Shown here piece by piece: positions 1 through 10,634 of a stretch of DNA of 64,000 nucleotides (position 1 is the first letter of the stretch; each line of letters opens with the position of its first letter). The notes beneath the pieces were generated by a model. It saw only the letters and a list, made by a program, of their open reading frames with translations. It searched no databases and was not told the DNA's origin. The position numbers and the translations under genes are program-made. Source of the DNA: Candidatus Latescibacterota bacterium (lineage in GTDB: Bacteria; Latescibacterota; UBA2968); NCBI GenBank assembly GCA_965207885.1, contig OZ242311.1:2528001-2592000 (forward strand), in the 5' to 3' direction.

Positions 1-23
1 AATTCGCCCAGAGAAATGCGCCA

Positions 24-1991
24 GTGGCTACGAGAGACTTTTCCCGAGAAATAGAGGTTGGCCATCAGCGGCGTATCATGACGCCAAAGGCATTGACGGT
101 TGGGGTTCTGATCGTTGTCGCGGTGAATCTGTTGGCGCCGTTTTCCGAGTGGATTGTGCGATCCACGCTGTTGACGACCAATTATTTTCCGCTGGGGTTG
201 GCGGCGTTGTTCATTTTTGTGGTTGTGGTTTTAAACCCGGTTTTGAAGGCAGTGAAGCGCGAGGGAGGATTGACGGGTGATGAATTGGGCGTGGTCTATA
301 CGATGCTTTTGGCGGCGGTATCGGTGCCGACTTATGGGGTGACTGGTTATGTGATTTCCGTGTCGGCTTCGCCCTTTTATTTTGCGACAACTGAAAATGG
401 TTGGGGCGAATTTATACACGACCATGTGCCCCTGTGGGCTGTGCCCGGAGGGGGACGCGCAGTGGCGTGGTTTTTTGAGGGTTTGCCGCCGGGCGCGAAA
501 ATTCCGTGGGAAGTGTGGATCATGCCGTTGTTCTGGTGGGGATCGGTGATTGTCGCAACACTGACGCTTTGCACTTGTCTTATTGCGGTGTTTCGCAAGC
601 AGTGGGTAGATAAAGAGCGGCTGAATTTTCCTCTGGTTGATGTGCCGCTGGCGATGATGGATGGCGCCGAAGATGGTCGGATTTTGCCAAAATTTATGCG
701 TAGCCGATTGTTCTGGGTCGGCTTTGCCCTTGCCGCAGGCAAAATTGCTTGGAATGTGCCGGGTTATTTTTTTGAGGCCTGGCCGAGTATTCCCGCTATT
801 CGATTGAGCATTCCGGGTGGGCAGGTTTGGCCGGGTATTTCGTCAAATTTTTCGCTGCCTCTGGTGGGGATTACGTATTTTGTCAATGTGGATGTGATTT
901 TTAGTGTGTGGTTTTTCAACTTGTTTAATATGGCTGAGATCGCGCTGTTTAATCGCACGGGATTTACCATTGGCACATCAGAGGTTTATTCGGTGAGTCC
1001 GGCAGCGTTGGGATGGCAGGGGTTTGGGGCGTTTGTGGCGATCGTGCTGGGCAGTATTTGGGTTGCGCGCGAACATTTGCGCGGGGTGTGGCGAACCGCG
1101 TTGGGACAAGACAATGGCGTTTCAGACCGCGATGAGATCATGGGCTATCGCACAGCGCTGATAGGGATTGCGCTTGGGGTCGTGTACATTCTTTTTTGGT
1201 TGACGCGCATTGGCATCCACCCCGGCGTGGCTTTGTTGCTTCTCTTTGCGGTTATTACGCTTTATCTGGGTCTGACGCGCATTGTCATTGAAGGCGGACT
1301 GGTTTTTGTGCGGGGACCTCTCGTGCCGCAGGCTTATGCGATGCATCTCATTGGTCCGGCGGATTTGACGGGTTCAACGATGACAGGGCTGGGACTGTCG
1401 TATGGATGGGCATGCGATCCCATCGCCACATTTATGCCTTTTGGCGCAAATGCTGCACGCGTACACAGCGAGCGCCGATTTCCTCAAGGCGTTTATCTCA
1501 CTGCGGTTGGATTGGCACTGGGTATTAGTCTGATTGTATCTTTTTATTTTTCGCTCAAGCTGGCGTATGCTTCGGGTGCATACAATTTTGGCGAGTGGGT
1601 CTTTCGCCGTGGGGGACAGGTCCCTTATGATACGGTTGTAGCTAAAATTAAGGCGGCAGAGACGCTCAAATTTGGTCATTTTGCGTTTTTGGGCATTGGT
1701 GCGCTTGTGACGGTTTTGTTGACGTACTTACGTCATCGCTTCGCATGGTGGCGCTTGCATCCTATCGGGTTTTCAATTGCTTCTGTGGGACAAGTACGAT
1801 GGACCCTGTTGTCGCTATTTGCCGCCTGGGCGATTAAAACACTTTTGATCCGCTTTGGCGGTTTGATGCTTTACAATGGCGCAAAGCCCTTTTTTGTGGG
1901 TCTGGTCGTGGGGCACTTTTCCGGTGCTGGTATATCGTTTATTATCGATGCGTTGTGGTTTCGCGGACATGGACACAGTTTGTATTTTTAA
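24..1991 (+). CDS. Polytopic membrane protein, DUF6785/DUF6784-like (putative peptide transporter-like family)
   Basis: 655-aa ORF with many hydrophobic segments; motifs RKQWVDKERLNFPL and WWRLHPIGF; exact start uncertain. Confidence 0.7.
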   Translation: MATRDFSREIEVGHQRRIMTPKALTVGVLIVVAVNLLAPFSEWIVRSTLLTTNYFPLGLAALFIFVVVVLNPVLKAVKREGGLTGDELGVVYTMLLAAVSVPTYGVTGYVISVSASPFYFATTENGWGEFIHDHVPLWAVPGGGRAVAWFFEGLPPGAKIPWEVWIMPLFWWGSVIVATLTLCTCLIAVFRKQWVDKERLNFPLVDVPLAMMDGAEDGRILPKFMRSRLFWVGFALAAGKIAWNVPGYFFEAWPSIPAIRLSIPGGQVWPGISSNFSLPLVGITYFVNVDVIFSVWFFNLFNMAEIALFNRTGFTIGTSEVYSVSPAALGWQGFGAFVAIVLGSIWVAREHLRGVWRTALGQDNGVSDRDEIMGYRTALIGIALGVVYILFWLTRIGIHPGVALLLLFAVITLYLGLTRIVIEGGLVFVRGPLVPQAYAMHLIGPADLTGSTMTGLGLSYGWACDPIATFMPFGANAARVHSERRFPQGVYLTAVGLALGISLIVSFYFSLKLAYASGAYNFGEWVFRRGGQVPYDTVVAKIKAAETLKFGHFAFLGIGALVTVLLTYLRHRFAWWRLHPIGFSIASVGQVRWTLLSLFAAWAIKTLLIRFGGLMLYNGAKPFFVGLVVGHFSGAGISFIIDALWFRGHGHSLYF

Positions 1992-2002
1992 GAAGGAGGT
2001 TT

Positions 2003-3430
2003 ATGATGAATGTGATTTGTATTTGTCTGGATACGTTTCGCGCCGATATTGTCGGGTCAAATCAGAAGTTGAGTTTTGTCGAGACGCCAAATATGGATGC
2101 GTTTGCCGCAGAGTCCGTGGTGTTTGAACGGGCTTTCGGGGAATGCCAGCCGACGCTGCAGACGCGGCGGGGTTTGTTTACGGGGCGGCGCACCTTTCCC
2201 TGGCGATACAATTTTGATCGGCGCGGGCACTGGCATCACGCGCCCGGTTGGCACAAAATTCCGCCGGAACAAGATACGCTCGCTGAAATTCTGGTTGCGA
2301 ATGGGTATATGACCGGGTTGGTCGCCGATACGTATCACATGTTTAAGCCGACGATGAATTATACGCGCGGATTTGTGACGTATGATTTTATTCGCGGACA
2401 GGAGAGCGACAACTGGCGGTTTGGCACGCGGGAATCGATTGAAGATTTGTTGCGGCCGCATGTGCGTGAACCGATCAACTGGGATCGGCATGTCGGGCTA
2501 ATGCAATACATGTTCAATCAGAAGTTTCGGCAATGCGAAGAGGATTACAGTTGTGCGCGTGTGTTTCGGCGCGCGGCGGATTGGCTGAGCGAGAATGCAA
2601 ACAATGCGCCGTTTTTCCTGTGGGTCGATTCTTTTGATCCGCACGAACCATGGGATCCGCCGCGGGAATATGCAGATCGGTATATGCCCGATTGGGATGG
2701 GAAGGATTTTATTACACCTGGGGCTGGAAATGAAGGCGATGGGGTGAGCGATTCGGAGAGAGAACGGATCAAGGCGCTTTATTTTGGGGAGGTCACACTG
2801 GTGGATCGCTGGGTGGGGCATTTGCTGGAGCGGGTCGATGATCTGGGTCTGAAAAGCGATACGATTGTGATGTTGATGTCAGATCACGGCACGCAGGTAC
2901 TGGATCACGGACAATTTGGCAAAGGACCAGATCGCCTGCATCCGTACAACACGCGGTTGAACTGGATGGTGCGACATCCCGATGTGTGCAAGCGCGTTTC
3001 GGGTTTTGTTCAGGCGCACGATTTGTTGCCTACTGTGTTGGGCTTGCTGGATATTCCCTGCCAGGCCGTGGAGGGGGCAGATGTCTGGCCGCTGGTGACG
3101 GGAGAGGTGGATGCTGTGCGGGATCACGTTGTGATTGGCTGGGCCAGTTTTTCAACCGGGCCAGCCACGGGCAGGGCATCAGTGCGCGATGATCAGTGGA
3201 ATTATACGGTGAGTTTGAATGATGTGAACAATGAACAACTCTTTGACCTTGTTGCCGATCCCGATGAGCATACCAATGTCGCTGCAGATCATCCCGATGT
3301 GGTGGCTTTGCAAAGATCGCGCATCCAGGCGGTGATTCACCAGCCCCTGCCCGCCACGTTTAACGAAGTGTGCGACAACGCGCCCTCACCGAGTGCTATG
3401 TTTGTGCAGGGGAGAAGAAGAATGGGTTAA
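2003..3430 (+). CDS. Sulfatase-like hydrolase (alkaline phosphatase superfamily) with non-canonical active-site motif
   Basis: RBS AAGGAGG before ATG 2003; [17 protein letters not shown] and SDHG motifs; [10 protein letters not shown] in place of CxPxR. Confidence 0.85.
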   Translation: MMNVICICLDTFRADIVGSNQKLSFVETPNMDAFAAESVVFERAFGECQPTLQTRRGLFTGRRTFPWRYNFDRRGHWHHAPGWHKIPPEQDTLAEILVANGYMTGLVADTYHMFKPTMNYTRGFVTYDFIRGQESDNWRFGTRESIEDLLRPHVREPINWDRHVGLMQYMFNQKFRQCEEDYSCARVFRRAADWLSENANNAPFFLWVDSFDPHEPWDPPREYADRYMPDWDGKDFITPGAGNEGDGVSDSERERIKALYFGEVTLVDRWVGHLLERVDDLGLKSDTIVMLMSDHGTQVLDHGQFGKGPDRLHPYNTRLNWMVRHPDVCKRVSGFVQAHDLLPTVLGLLDIPCQAVEGADVWPLVTGEVDAVRDHVVIGWASFSTGPATGRASVRDDQWNYTVSLNDVNNEQLFDLVADPDEHTNVAADHPDVVALQRSRIQAVIHQPLPATFNEVCDNAPSPSAMFVQGRRRMG

Positions 3431-4098
3431 ACCACCACGGGGTCGCTATTTTTTGCGGCTTGCCAGGTGCGCCAGTCGCTGAGGAAGCGTTCCAGACCGA
3501 TGTCGGTTAGGGGATGTGCGAGTAACTTGCTCAATACATCGGGCGGGAGGGTCGCAACATCTGCGCCAGCAAGCGCGCATTCGACAACGTGTTTGGGCGA
3601 GCGCAAACTCGCGGCCAGGACCTGGGTTTTAAATCCATAATTGTCGTAAATCTGGCGGACTGTGCTGATCAATTCCATGCCGTCTTGTCCCAAATCATCC
3701 AGGCGGCCAATAAATGGGCTGATATAAGTCGCGCCTGCTTTGGCGGCCATCAGTGCCTGATTTGCGGAGAAGCAAAGGGTTACGTTTACGCGAATCCCTT
3801 CGTCCGAACACGTTTTGATCGCTTTTAGACCGTCCGGTGTAATCGGAATTTTCACCACTACCTGTTCGTGGATTGCAGCATTTCGACGCGCTTCGGCGAT
3901 CATGCCTTCGGTGTCGGTGCTGACCACTTCTGCGCTTACTGGTCCATCTACAATTCCGCAGATTGCGCGAATGATGTCTTCAAATTCACCTTCTTCCTGC
4001 GACATAAGAGAAGGATTTGTCGTCACGCCATCCAGCACACCCATGGCCTGGGCTTCGCGGATTTCGTCTAAATTGGCTGTGTCGATAAAGAACTTCAT
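3427..4098 (-). CDS. tal: Transaldolase / fructose-6-phosphate aldolase family
   Basis: [30 protein letters not shown] and SPFIGRLDD motifs; RBS AAGGAGG before ATG 4098. Confidence 0.92.
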   Translation of the reverse strand: MKFFIDTANLDEIREAQAMGVLDGVTTNPSLMSQEEGEFEDIIRAICGIVDGPVSAEVVSTDTEGMIAEARRNAAIHEQVVVKIPITPDGLKAIKTCSDEGIRVNVTLCFSANQALMAAKAGATYISPFIGRLDDLGQDGMELISTVRQIYDNYGFKTQVLAASLRSPKHVVECALAGADVATLPPDVLSKLLAHPLTDIGLERFLSDWRTWQAAKNSDPVVV

Positions 4099-4111
4099 GT
4101 ATGCCTCCTTT

Positions 4112-5158
4112 TTAAAATACGCGCTCGACCAAAAATGAACACATTTCTCTGAGTATTTCTCTCGATTCCGACGGGGGCAACTGGGCGAGGCGCGCTTCGG
4201 CAGATTCGGCGCGCGTTTGGCAAGCCCGTTGCGCTTTTTCGATTGCGCCATATCTTCCCATCAAGTCAATCACCCACTCGACGTCTTCTTGCGATGTTGC
4301 ATCTCGATCTCGATCCAGAATTTCTCGCACTTTTTGATTTTCCTCTGGCGTACAGTGGTTGAGTAAATCGATGACCATCAAGGTGCGCTTGCCCTCGGCA
4401 ATGTCCCCGCCGCGCTCTTTGCCATAACCCCCGGATGTGGTTGTGGGAGCTAATGTTGCATCGGTATCTTCAACGACGATATTGAGCAAATCATCGCGAA
4501 TTTGAAATGCAACAGCTATGGCTTCGCCAAAATCGCCAATCGCCCGCTTCATATCATTGCCAGCACCCGCAATAATCGCGCCCATAGTACAGGGACCGCG
4601 GCCGCTATACCATCCTGTTTTGCGCCGCAGCATGTCAACAAAATCGCGTACATCGGGAATGACTTCGGCATCAATCCAGCCGATATCATAAGCCTGTCCT
4701 TCAAATGTTGTTTGTGCGCCCTGTATCATTTCACAAAGCAAATCGAGCGTTGTTGTTTCTCCTAAAATTTCGCGATTTGCCTGCAATATTTCAAATACTT
4801 TTGAATAAAGCGCGTCGCCCACGTTAATGCTCAGTGGAATCCCGTGTATCAGATGCAAGCACGGCTTTCCTCGCCGCATCAAAGAGGCATCCTCTATATC
4901 GTCGTGTACCAGGGCAAAGGACTGAAATAATTCAAAAGCAGCAGCCGTTCGCAAACCCACGTTGGGATCACCGCCAAATGCTTCAATGCCCAGCAGCACC
5001 AGGGCCGATCTAAACCGCTTGCCACCGCGCTGGGGATAATCGCGCATAGGCGCGTACAAAAAATCAATTGGATCTTTATCTTTGGGCAAGAACTGATACA
5101 TTTCCTCGTCGATACGAGGCACCCAGGTTTCCAAATAGTTTTTTAATCGCGTTTCCAT
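4112..5158 (-). CDS. Polyprenyl (GGPP-type) diphosphate synthase
   Basis: [25 protein letters not shown] and GDIAEGKRT motifs. Confidence 0.92.
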   Translation of the reverse strand: METRLKNYLETWVPRIDEEMYQFLPKDKDPIDFLYAPMRDYPQRGGKRFRSALVLLGIEAFGGDPNVGLRTAAAFELFQSFALVHDDIEDASLMRRGKPCLHLIHGIPLSINVGDALYSKVFEILQANREILGETTTLDLLCEMIQGAQTTFEGQAYDIGWIDAEVIPDVRDFVDMLRRKTGWYSGRGPCTMGAIIAGAGNDMKRAIGDFGEAIAVAFQIRDDLLNIVVEDTDATLAPTTTSGGYGKERGGDIAEGKRTLMVIDLLNHCTPEENQKVREILDRDRDATSQEDVEWVIDLMGRYGAIEKAQRACQTRAESAEARLAQLPPSESREILREMCSFLVERVF

Positions 5159-7627
5159 TTATCGCTTAAATTCCTTTACTTTTTTGCGAATTTTTGCCTC
5201 GACATTTGCCGATAGTGGCCGAACGGGAATTTTTTCATCGCTGTGAGTAGCAACACCACCTGCGATGGGTATTTCAAGACGCGGATGTTTGGGTACATAA
5301 GGTTCTTTTTCCAACATGGCATGTAACAAGACGAGGGCGGCTTCTTTGTCGGGAATCGTTCCTCTCGTATTGCCATCGTCGCCGGGGGGCAATGGCGCGC
5401 CTACACACGACGGACACCCTGCTTCGCATTCACATTCCGATACGACCATCCAGCAGGCTGTTATGACATCTTCGATCATCTCATAAGCTTTTTCCGAAAA
5501 ACCAATACCTCCCGGATGCCGGTCATATACAAATGCGGTCGGTCGCCCCGTATTGGAGCTATCTATTGTGGTGCCAATATCCATGACATCGCACATTGCA
5601 AATAAGGGGAGCACTTCTCCCATTACATTGGCAATGCCTTTGAGTCCTTCAGATGGCACGCGCCCATGTCGCCGGCACTGGTTTAGCCCTTCTTGAGGCG
5701 GTACAACCCAACAGGCGGCTGTATCGAGCTTGCGCTCGGGCAAATCGAGATTTTCCCAGCCAATGCTGTCGCGGTCTTCGAATTTTACTTTTTTAAACAT
5801 CGTTACCAGTGACGAGACTGAGACGTCGCCAAAATATACGTCACTGACGCGCCATGTGCCCGATATTTCGGTATCATTTACGACAATACTCGTCTCGTCA
5901 ACTGCCTGGGTATAATAATCCAGTGCTTTTTGGCTTACCCGCGCAATTTTGCGCTCTGTATCGAGTTGATCGACAAAGTACGTCTGCCCATTGTGCAAAT
6001 ATACAGCGTGTGTGTGTATCTGAAAAAACGCGCTGATTTCATCCAGGGAACCGATGACCTGCGGGTCACTTTCTGTCTCGTCAATAATAGTATAAGTCAG
6101 ATCGCTGATATTGCGTAGCCCAACCTCTGCTGCGGGATATCCCGATTGGCTGTAAAACCACTGCCCGTTGAGCTGGCGCGCCATGCCTTCATCTGACAGG
6201 ATCTCGAGCAGCGCACCGGTAAATTCTCCCATTACTTCGCCTTCTTCGCCCCGCACGGGCAATTCGCGCAAAGCACACCGCAGATGTCCCACGACGAGAT
6301 GCGGATTGTTGGGGTCAATAGTTGCGTGTTCGGGCGATTGTCCGAAAAAGTAAGCCGGGTCGCGCATCAAAAATTGATCGATGGGCGCGTTGTGTGCCAC
6401 AAAGACCACCAGCGACTCTTCGGACTGCCGTCCAGCCCGCCCAGCTTGCTGCCACATGCTGGAAATACTGCCCGGATATCCCACAATTAACGCGGCATCC
6501 AGGTCTCCAATATCAATGCCCAATTCCAGGGCGTTGGTACTCACCACGCCGAGCAACTCACCTTCAAATAATTGTCGCTCAATTTCTCTCCGTTCTGCGG
6601 GCAAATATCCGCCGCGATAAGCCCGAACTGCGCCTGCCAACCGCTGGCTTACCAGTGATAGATCTTCTTGCACATAGCGATAGATCACTTCTGCGGATGT
6701 GCGTGCTCTCACAAACGCGATGGTTTGCACTCTGTTGTGGATGAGTTTGCCGAGCAACCAGCGCGCCTCGGTATTTGAACTGCGTCGATCACTCGTGGTG
6801 CCTTCCAGAAAAGGCGGATTCCAGAACGCAAAATGGCGTTTGCCTCTCGGGGAGCCATCCCGATCAATCAGGCACATCGGCTGTCCGGTCAATGCTTCGG
6901 CGTGTTCTTTGGGATTTGCTATGGTCGCCGAGCAGCACACGAATTGCGGGGGCGTGCCATAGTGCGCGCAAATTCGCATCAGGCGGCGCAATACATTGGC
7001 TACATGCGAGCCAAAGACCCCCCGGTAAGTGTGTATTTCGTCGAGCACCACATAGCGCAAATTCTGAAAAAAACGCGCCCAGCGCGGGTGGTTGGGCAAT
7101 ACGCCCTGATGCAACATATCGGGATTGCTCAAAATCACCCGCCCCTCTTCGCGCAGTGTTTTGCGCTGGTTGGACGGCTTATCCCCATCGTAAGTACCCA
7201 GAGAAAATTTCAATTGCTCGTTTAATTCGCCAAACCGCGCCAGTCCTCGCGCCTGATCCTGTGCCAGGGCTTTGGTCGGGAAGAGATAGAGCGCGGTTGC
7301 CTGTGGGTCGGATAACAGTGCTTCCAGTGTGGGTATTTGATAACACAGGGTTTTTCCACTCGCCGTTGCCGTTACGACTACTACGTCTTCCTGACGCCTT
7401 AGTGCGGCCAGCGCATCGGCCTGATGCGTATAGAGCCGATCAATGTCTTGCTGTTTCAAGGCGTCGGAGATTGCGGGATGCAGCGCGCAGTCATCAGCGA
7501 CGAATGTAGCTTCTTGCGCGGGTATGGTTTCTATATGGGCTACCTGACCGGCATACCCATAGTCGCGGCGAACATGCGCGATAAATTGATTAAAATTCAT
7601 CATGCGGGAAGGGCTTTTGAATTCCAA
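5159..7627 (-). CDS. DEAD/DEAH-box helicase with C-terminal DUF1998 Zn domain (MrfA/Hrq1/SftH-like)
   Basis: TASGKT, DEIH, SAT and QQAGRAGR motifs; C-terminal C..CECEAGCPSC. Confidence 0.9.
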   Translation of the reverse strand: MEFKSPSRMMNFNQFIAHVRRDYGYAGQVAHIETIPAQEATFVADDCALHPAISDALKQQDIDRLYTHQADALAALRRQEDVVVVTATASGKTLCYQIPTLEALLSDPQATALYLFPTKALAQDQARGLARFGELNEQLKFSLGTYDGDKPSNQRKTLREEGRVILSNPDMLHQGVLPNHPRWARFFQNLRYVVLDEIHTYRGVFGSHVANVLRRLMRICAHYGTPPQFVCCSATIANPKEHAEALTGQPMCLIDRDGSPRGKRHFAFWNPPFLEGTTSDRRSSNTEARWLLGKLIHNRVQTIAFVRARTSAEVIYRYVQEDLSLVSQRLAGAVRAYRGGYLPAERREIERQLFEGELLGVVSTNALELGIDIGDLDAALIVGYPGSISSMWQQAGRAGRQSEESLVVFVAHNAPIDQFLMRDPAYFFGQSPEHATIDPNNPHLVVGHLRCALRELPVRGEEGEVMGEFTGALLEILSDEGMARQLNGQWFYSQSGYPAAEVGLRNISDLTYTIIDETESDPQVIGSLDEISAFFQIHTHAVYLHNGQTYFVDQLDTERKIARVSQKALDYYTQAVDETSIVVNDTEISGTWRVSDVYFGDVSVSSLVTMFKKVKFEDRDSIGWENLDLPERKLDTAACWVVPPQEGLNQCRRHGRVPSEGLKGIANVMGEVLPLFAMCDVMDIGTTIDSSNTGRPTAFVYDRHPGGIGFSEKAYEMIEDVITACWMVVSECECEAGCPSCVGAPLPPGDDGNTRGTIPDKEAALVLLHAMLEKEPYVPKHPRLEIPIAGGVATHSDEKIPVRPLSANVEAKIRKKVKEFKR

Positions 7628-7679
7628 AGGGAGAGAGAAAGGAAGTGAAAAATAAAGAGGGAGGTACGATAACTATAGA

Positions 7680-7708
7680 AATATAGTTGGAAGGTGAAAA
7701 TGGGTCAA
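7680..7708 (-). promoter_or_regulatory. Sigma70-type promoter for helicase operon
   Basis: TTGACC-17 bp-TATATT on minus strand upstream of the helicase. Confidence 0.6.
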
Positions 7709-7801
7709 CTTAAAAGAGGCGAACAGGAGGCGGGATTTACGTATTAGAGTAGGGATTTTTAGAAGGTGTGCCTGACAGTGTGCGAGGGTGAGTGCCAACA
7801 A

Positions 7802-10603
7802 CTACAGTGCATGGGAGAGGCGGAGGTATAAATACCTGCCCAGGAAATCGTAGGTATTGGCATCGGATGTGCCCAGGAAACCATTGAATATCACTGCTGG
7901 TGCCTGATTGAGGATGTTGTTTATTCCGATTGTGAGTACGGAGTGACCAAAGGCGGTCTCCAGTTGATATGATCCATGCATACTAAAGATGCTGTTGGAG
8001 CTGATTTTGCGACTTGGTGGTATTTCTGTCACATCCGGGCGGTACTTGCCCTTGCAGTCGTCATCTTCGCATTCCTCGAATCCGCCGATGTATCGCCAGG
8101 TTAGCCCAATGGAAGAACGGTGTTTCTCTACGCCAACTGAAGCGGCGTGACGCCAGCCTGGGAACGCGCCCAGGTCGTAGTAGCCCTTGCCTTTAACTAA
8201 TTCGGGACCGTTTGCTGAAGGCAGGATTTGATCGTAATTCACGAGCAGATTGCTCTCTATTTGCGCCGAGACAATACCCAGAGGTGAGTCGGTAGCGTAA
8301 TGGAGTCCGATATCCATGCCGCTGGTTTCGGTTTCGCCAACATTGGCGTTGGGTGACAGGATATGGTTAATCAGCATGGTATTTGGGTCGCGCACGACTT
8401 GATCGCAGTTGGATGGCGTGTCCTGCGAGTAGCAGTTACTCAAGATGAGGCTGGCAGGTAACGCGCCGATCTCACTCGTGATCGCGGTGGTATAGTAATC
8501 GACAGTTATATCGAATCCATCCAGAAAACTCGGTTGATAAACCAGACCTGCTGTGAGCATTGTGGCCTTTTCCGGATCGAGATCCGTGCTGCCACTGAAC
8601 TGGGCTCGCAGTTGTGCCCGTGAATCCTCAAAGTCGGATGGGATGCCCTGATCTGCACAATTTCGCATTTGCTGAGCAGTCAACGTTCGGGCATTGCCCG
8701 CTTCATCGACTGTACTACAGGGATCGCTGACCAACGGAAAACCATCGCTGTTGCCGAGGAACATTTCGGCGATGCTGGGGGCGCGAAAAGCATTGGAGTA
8801 TGTGGCGCGAAATGCCAATCCTTGAGGCAATTCGAGACGAGTCCCCGCTTTATATGTAGAGCCGTAGCCGAACGAATCGTAGTGGAAAGTGCGCCCAGCG
8901 GCTATTAAATCGAGGCTGACTTCTCCCGCTTTGTAGAGCGGCAAATGGGCTTCCGCATACAAAGCTTTGACCGAGTACGCACCATCGGTGGGTGCTTCGT
9001 CACTGCCAGTGGTATTTCCCGATGCGGTTATGGGATCGGGAAGATAGGCTCCCGCTTCCCAGCGCGAAGATAGACCTGCTGCCATGACCAGTGGACCAGC
9101 TGGGAGTTGCGCGATCTCACCGGTCAGATTCCACTGCAGGATTTGCTGTTGAGAGTAGCCTCTGGCGATACCGGTATATTGGATATAATCTAACATTTCC
9201 TGGGTGATTGTGCCGGCACCGTGGAGTATATCCAGTGACACGCAGTCGCCGGTACAATCCTCGTCTGGTCCCAGTGCCCGCACGAGATTACTGATTATAA
9301 ATCGGCCTTCGTTGACGCTGGTGCCCTCACTACGCCCGTAGGAAAAGGACAGGTCAGCGTCAAAGTCCATAAACTGATGGTCCAAACCCAAAACGATGCG
9401 ATAGGTGTCGATATCCTGGAGATAGTTGCGATTGCCTGCTTCGAGAAAACGCCGCCGGACATCGATAAAATCGCGGCCAAATTCGTTGTAACGGTTGGTG
9501 GCAGATACTACGATGCCGTCGCTGATGGTGAACAAGGGCGTTGGGGCCAGCTTCTGGTCGGATTGGCGATTGGTGTACGATACCTCGAAGAAAGTTTTCG
9601 CACCTTCTGTAAATTTGTAAGCACCACTAAAAAAGGAACTGTAGCGCGTCTGTGGGGTGTAGAGGTAATTCTCTGGCTGATAATTGTACGTGTCACCGCT
9701 TCCATCCGAGGAGATTCCAGCCCAGTTGAAGGGACGCCAGCCGGCATTTGGATCGCGGTGGTAATCACCTGCGTCCTCGCCAGCCGCTGCAACGACCGCC
9801 TGCCAGGCTTCGTTGCCCTCGGTGCCCAGGCGGTCGATGATGTGGCCTTCCGGGGTGGCCGAACTGCCGTTTTTGTTATAGGTGCCGTCGTTTTTTCCCC
9901 AGTCGTAGTTTTTGTCCGATACGCTGAAACTGCGGTCGCCGGTCCAGACGGGCTTTCGGTTGTGGTAACCTGCCGAAAACAATATGTGGCCTTTTTCGCT
10001 TTGCAAACCGGCGGTTATGCTGAGGTCGCGGACTTCGCCATCACCTGCGCCTGAAATCCCTTCATAATAATCTATCTCTACCCCTTCCATATCTGATCGG
10101 GTGATGATATTGATCACCCCTCCAATGGCGTCTGAACCATATATGGCTGAGGCTCCATCCTTGAGAATTTCGACGCGTTCGATAACTGAAGCGGGAATAG
10201 AGTTGAGATCAACAGATGAATTTGCGCCTGTTCCGCCCGGGACGAAGCGACGCCCGTTGACCAATACCAGGGTGCGATTAGAGCCGAGTCCGCGCAGACT
10301 AATTCTGGTAGAGCCATCGCCGCCGTTGTTGGACTGGGTATTGGTTGCATTGGACTGTACTGTGAGTGTTTGTAGCACATCTCCAATGGAAGTCAATCCC
10401 CGCGCTTTGATTTCGTCACCGGATAGGACGACGACTGGCGCAGGCGAAAGGCTTTCCGCACTTTTGATGCGGGAACCGGTTACGACAATCTCTTCAAATT
10501 CGTAGATTTTCGGCTCGTCGGGCGATTCTTTAACATCCTCTGCGAATGCTGATGTAATAAATACGATGGCGACTATCTGGCAGAATATGTGCTTCACACT
10601 CAT
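7802..10603 (-). CDS. TonB-dependent receptor
   Basis: Signal peptide, EEIVVTGSRI TonB box, plug motif IERVEILKDGASAIYGSDAIGGVINIIT, C-terminal YDFLGRYLYLRL. Confidence 0.93.
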   Translation of the reverse strand: MSVKHIFCQIVAIVFITSAFAEDVKESPDEPKIYEFEEIVVTGSRIKSAESLSPAPVVVLSGDEIKARGLTSIGDVLQTLTVQSNATNTQSNNGGDGSTRISLRGLGSNRTLVLVNGRRFVPGGTGANSSVDLNSIPASVIERVEILKDGASAIYGSDAIGGVINIITRSDMEGVEIDYYEGISGAGDGEVRDLSITAGLQSEKGHILFSAGYHNRKPVWTGDRSFSVSDKNYDWGKNDGTYNKNGSSATPEGHIIDRLGTEGNEAWQAVVAAAGEDAGDYHRDPNAGWRPFNWAGISSDGSGDTYNYQPENYLYTPQTRYSSFFSGAYKFTEGAKTFFEVSYTNRQSDQKLAPTPLFTISDGIVVSATNRYNEFGRDFIDVRRRFLEAGNRNYLQDIDTYRIVLGLDHQFMDFDADLSFSYGRSEGTSVNEGRFIISNLVRALGPDEDCTGDCVSLDILHGAGTITQEMLDYIQYTGIARGYSQQQILQWNLTGEIAQLPAGPLVMAAGLSSRWEAGAYLPDPITASGNTTGSDEAPTDGAYSVKALYAEAHLPLYKAGEVSLDLIAAGRTFHYDSFGYGSTYKAGTRLELPQGLAFRATYSNAFRAPSIAEMFLGNSDGFPLVSDPCSTVDEAGNARTLTAQQMRNCADQGIPSDFEDSRAQLRAQFSGSTDLDPEKATMLTAGLVYQPSFLDGFDITVDYYTTAITSEIGALPASLILSNCYSQDTPSNCDQVVRDPNTMLINHILSPNANVGETETSGMDIGLHYATDSPLGIVSAQIESNLLVNYDQILPSANGPELVKGKGYYDLGAFPGWRHAASVGVEKHRSSIGLTWRYIGGFEECEDDDCKGKYRPDVTEIPPSRKISSNSIFSMHGSYQLETAFGHSVLTIGINNILNQAPAVIFNGFLGTSDANTYDFLGRYLYLRLSHAL

Positions 10604-10634
10604 CTATACCTCGCGATTGGAGGATGACAATTTT

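Noticed and set aside
5159-7627. DISARM/Druantia defence system
   Set aside because: DUF1998 is fused in the MrfA-like architecture and no other defence genes are adjacent.
9377-10054. 225-aa plus-strand ORF and similar overlapping ORFs (6775-7509, 14980-15681, 19195-19890, 63323-63967)
   Set aside because: Shadow or alternate frames over well-supported genes, with no recognisable motifs.
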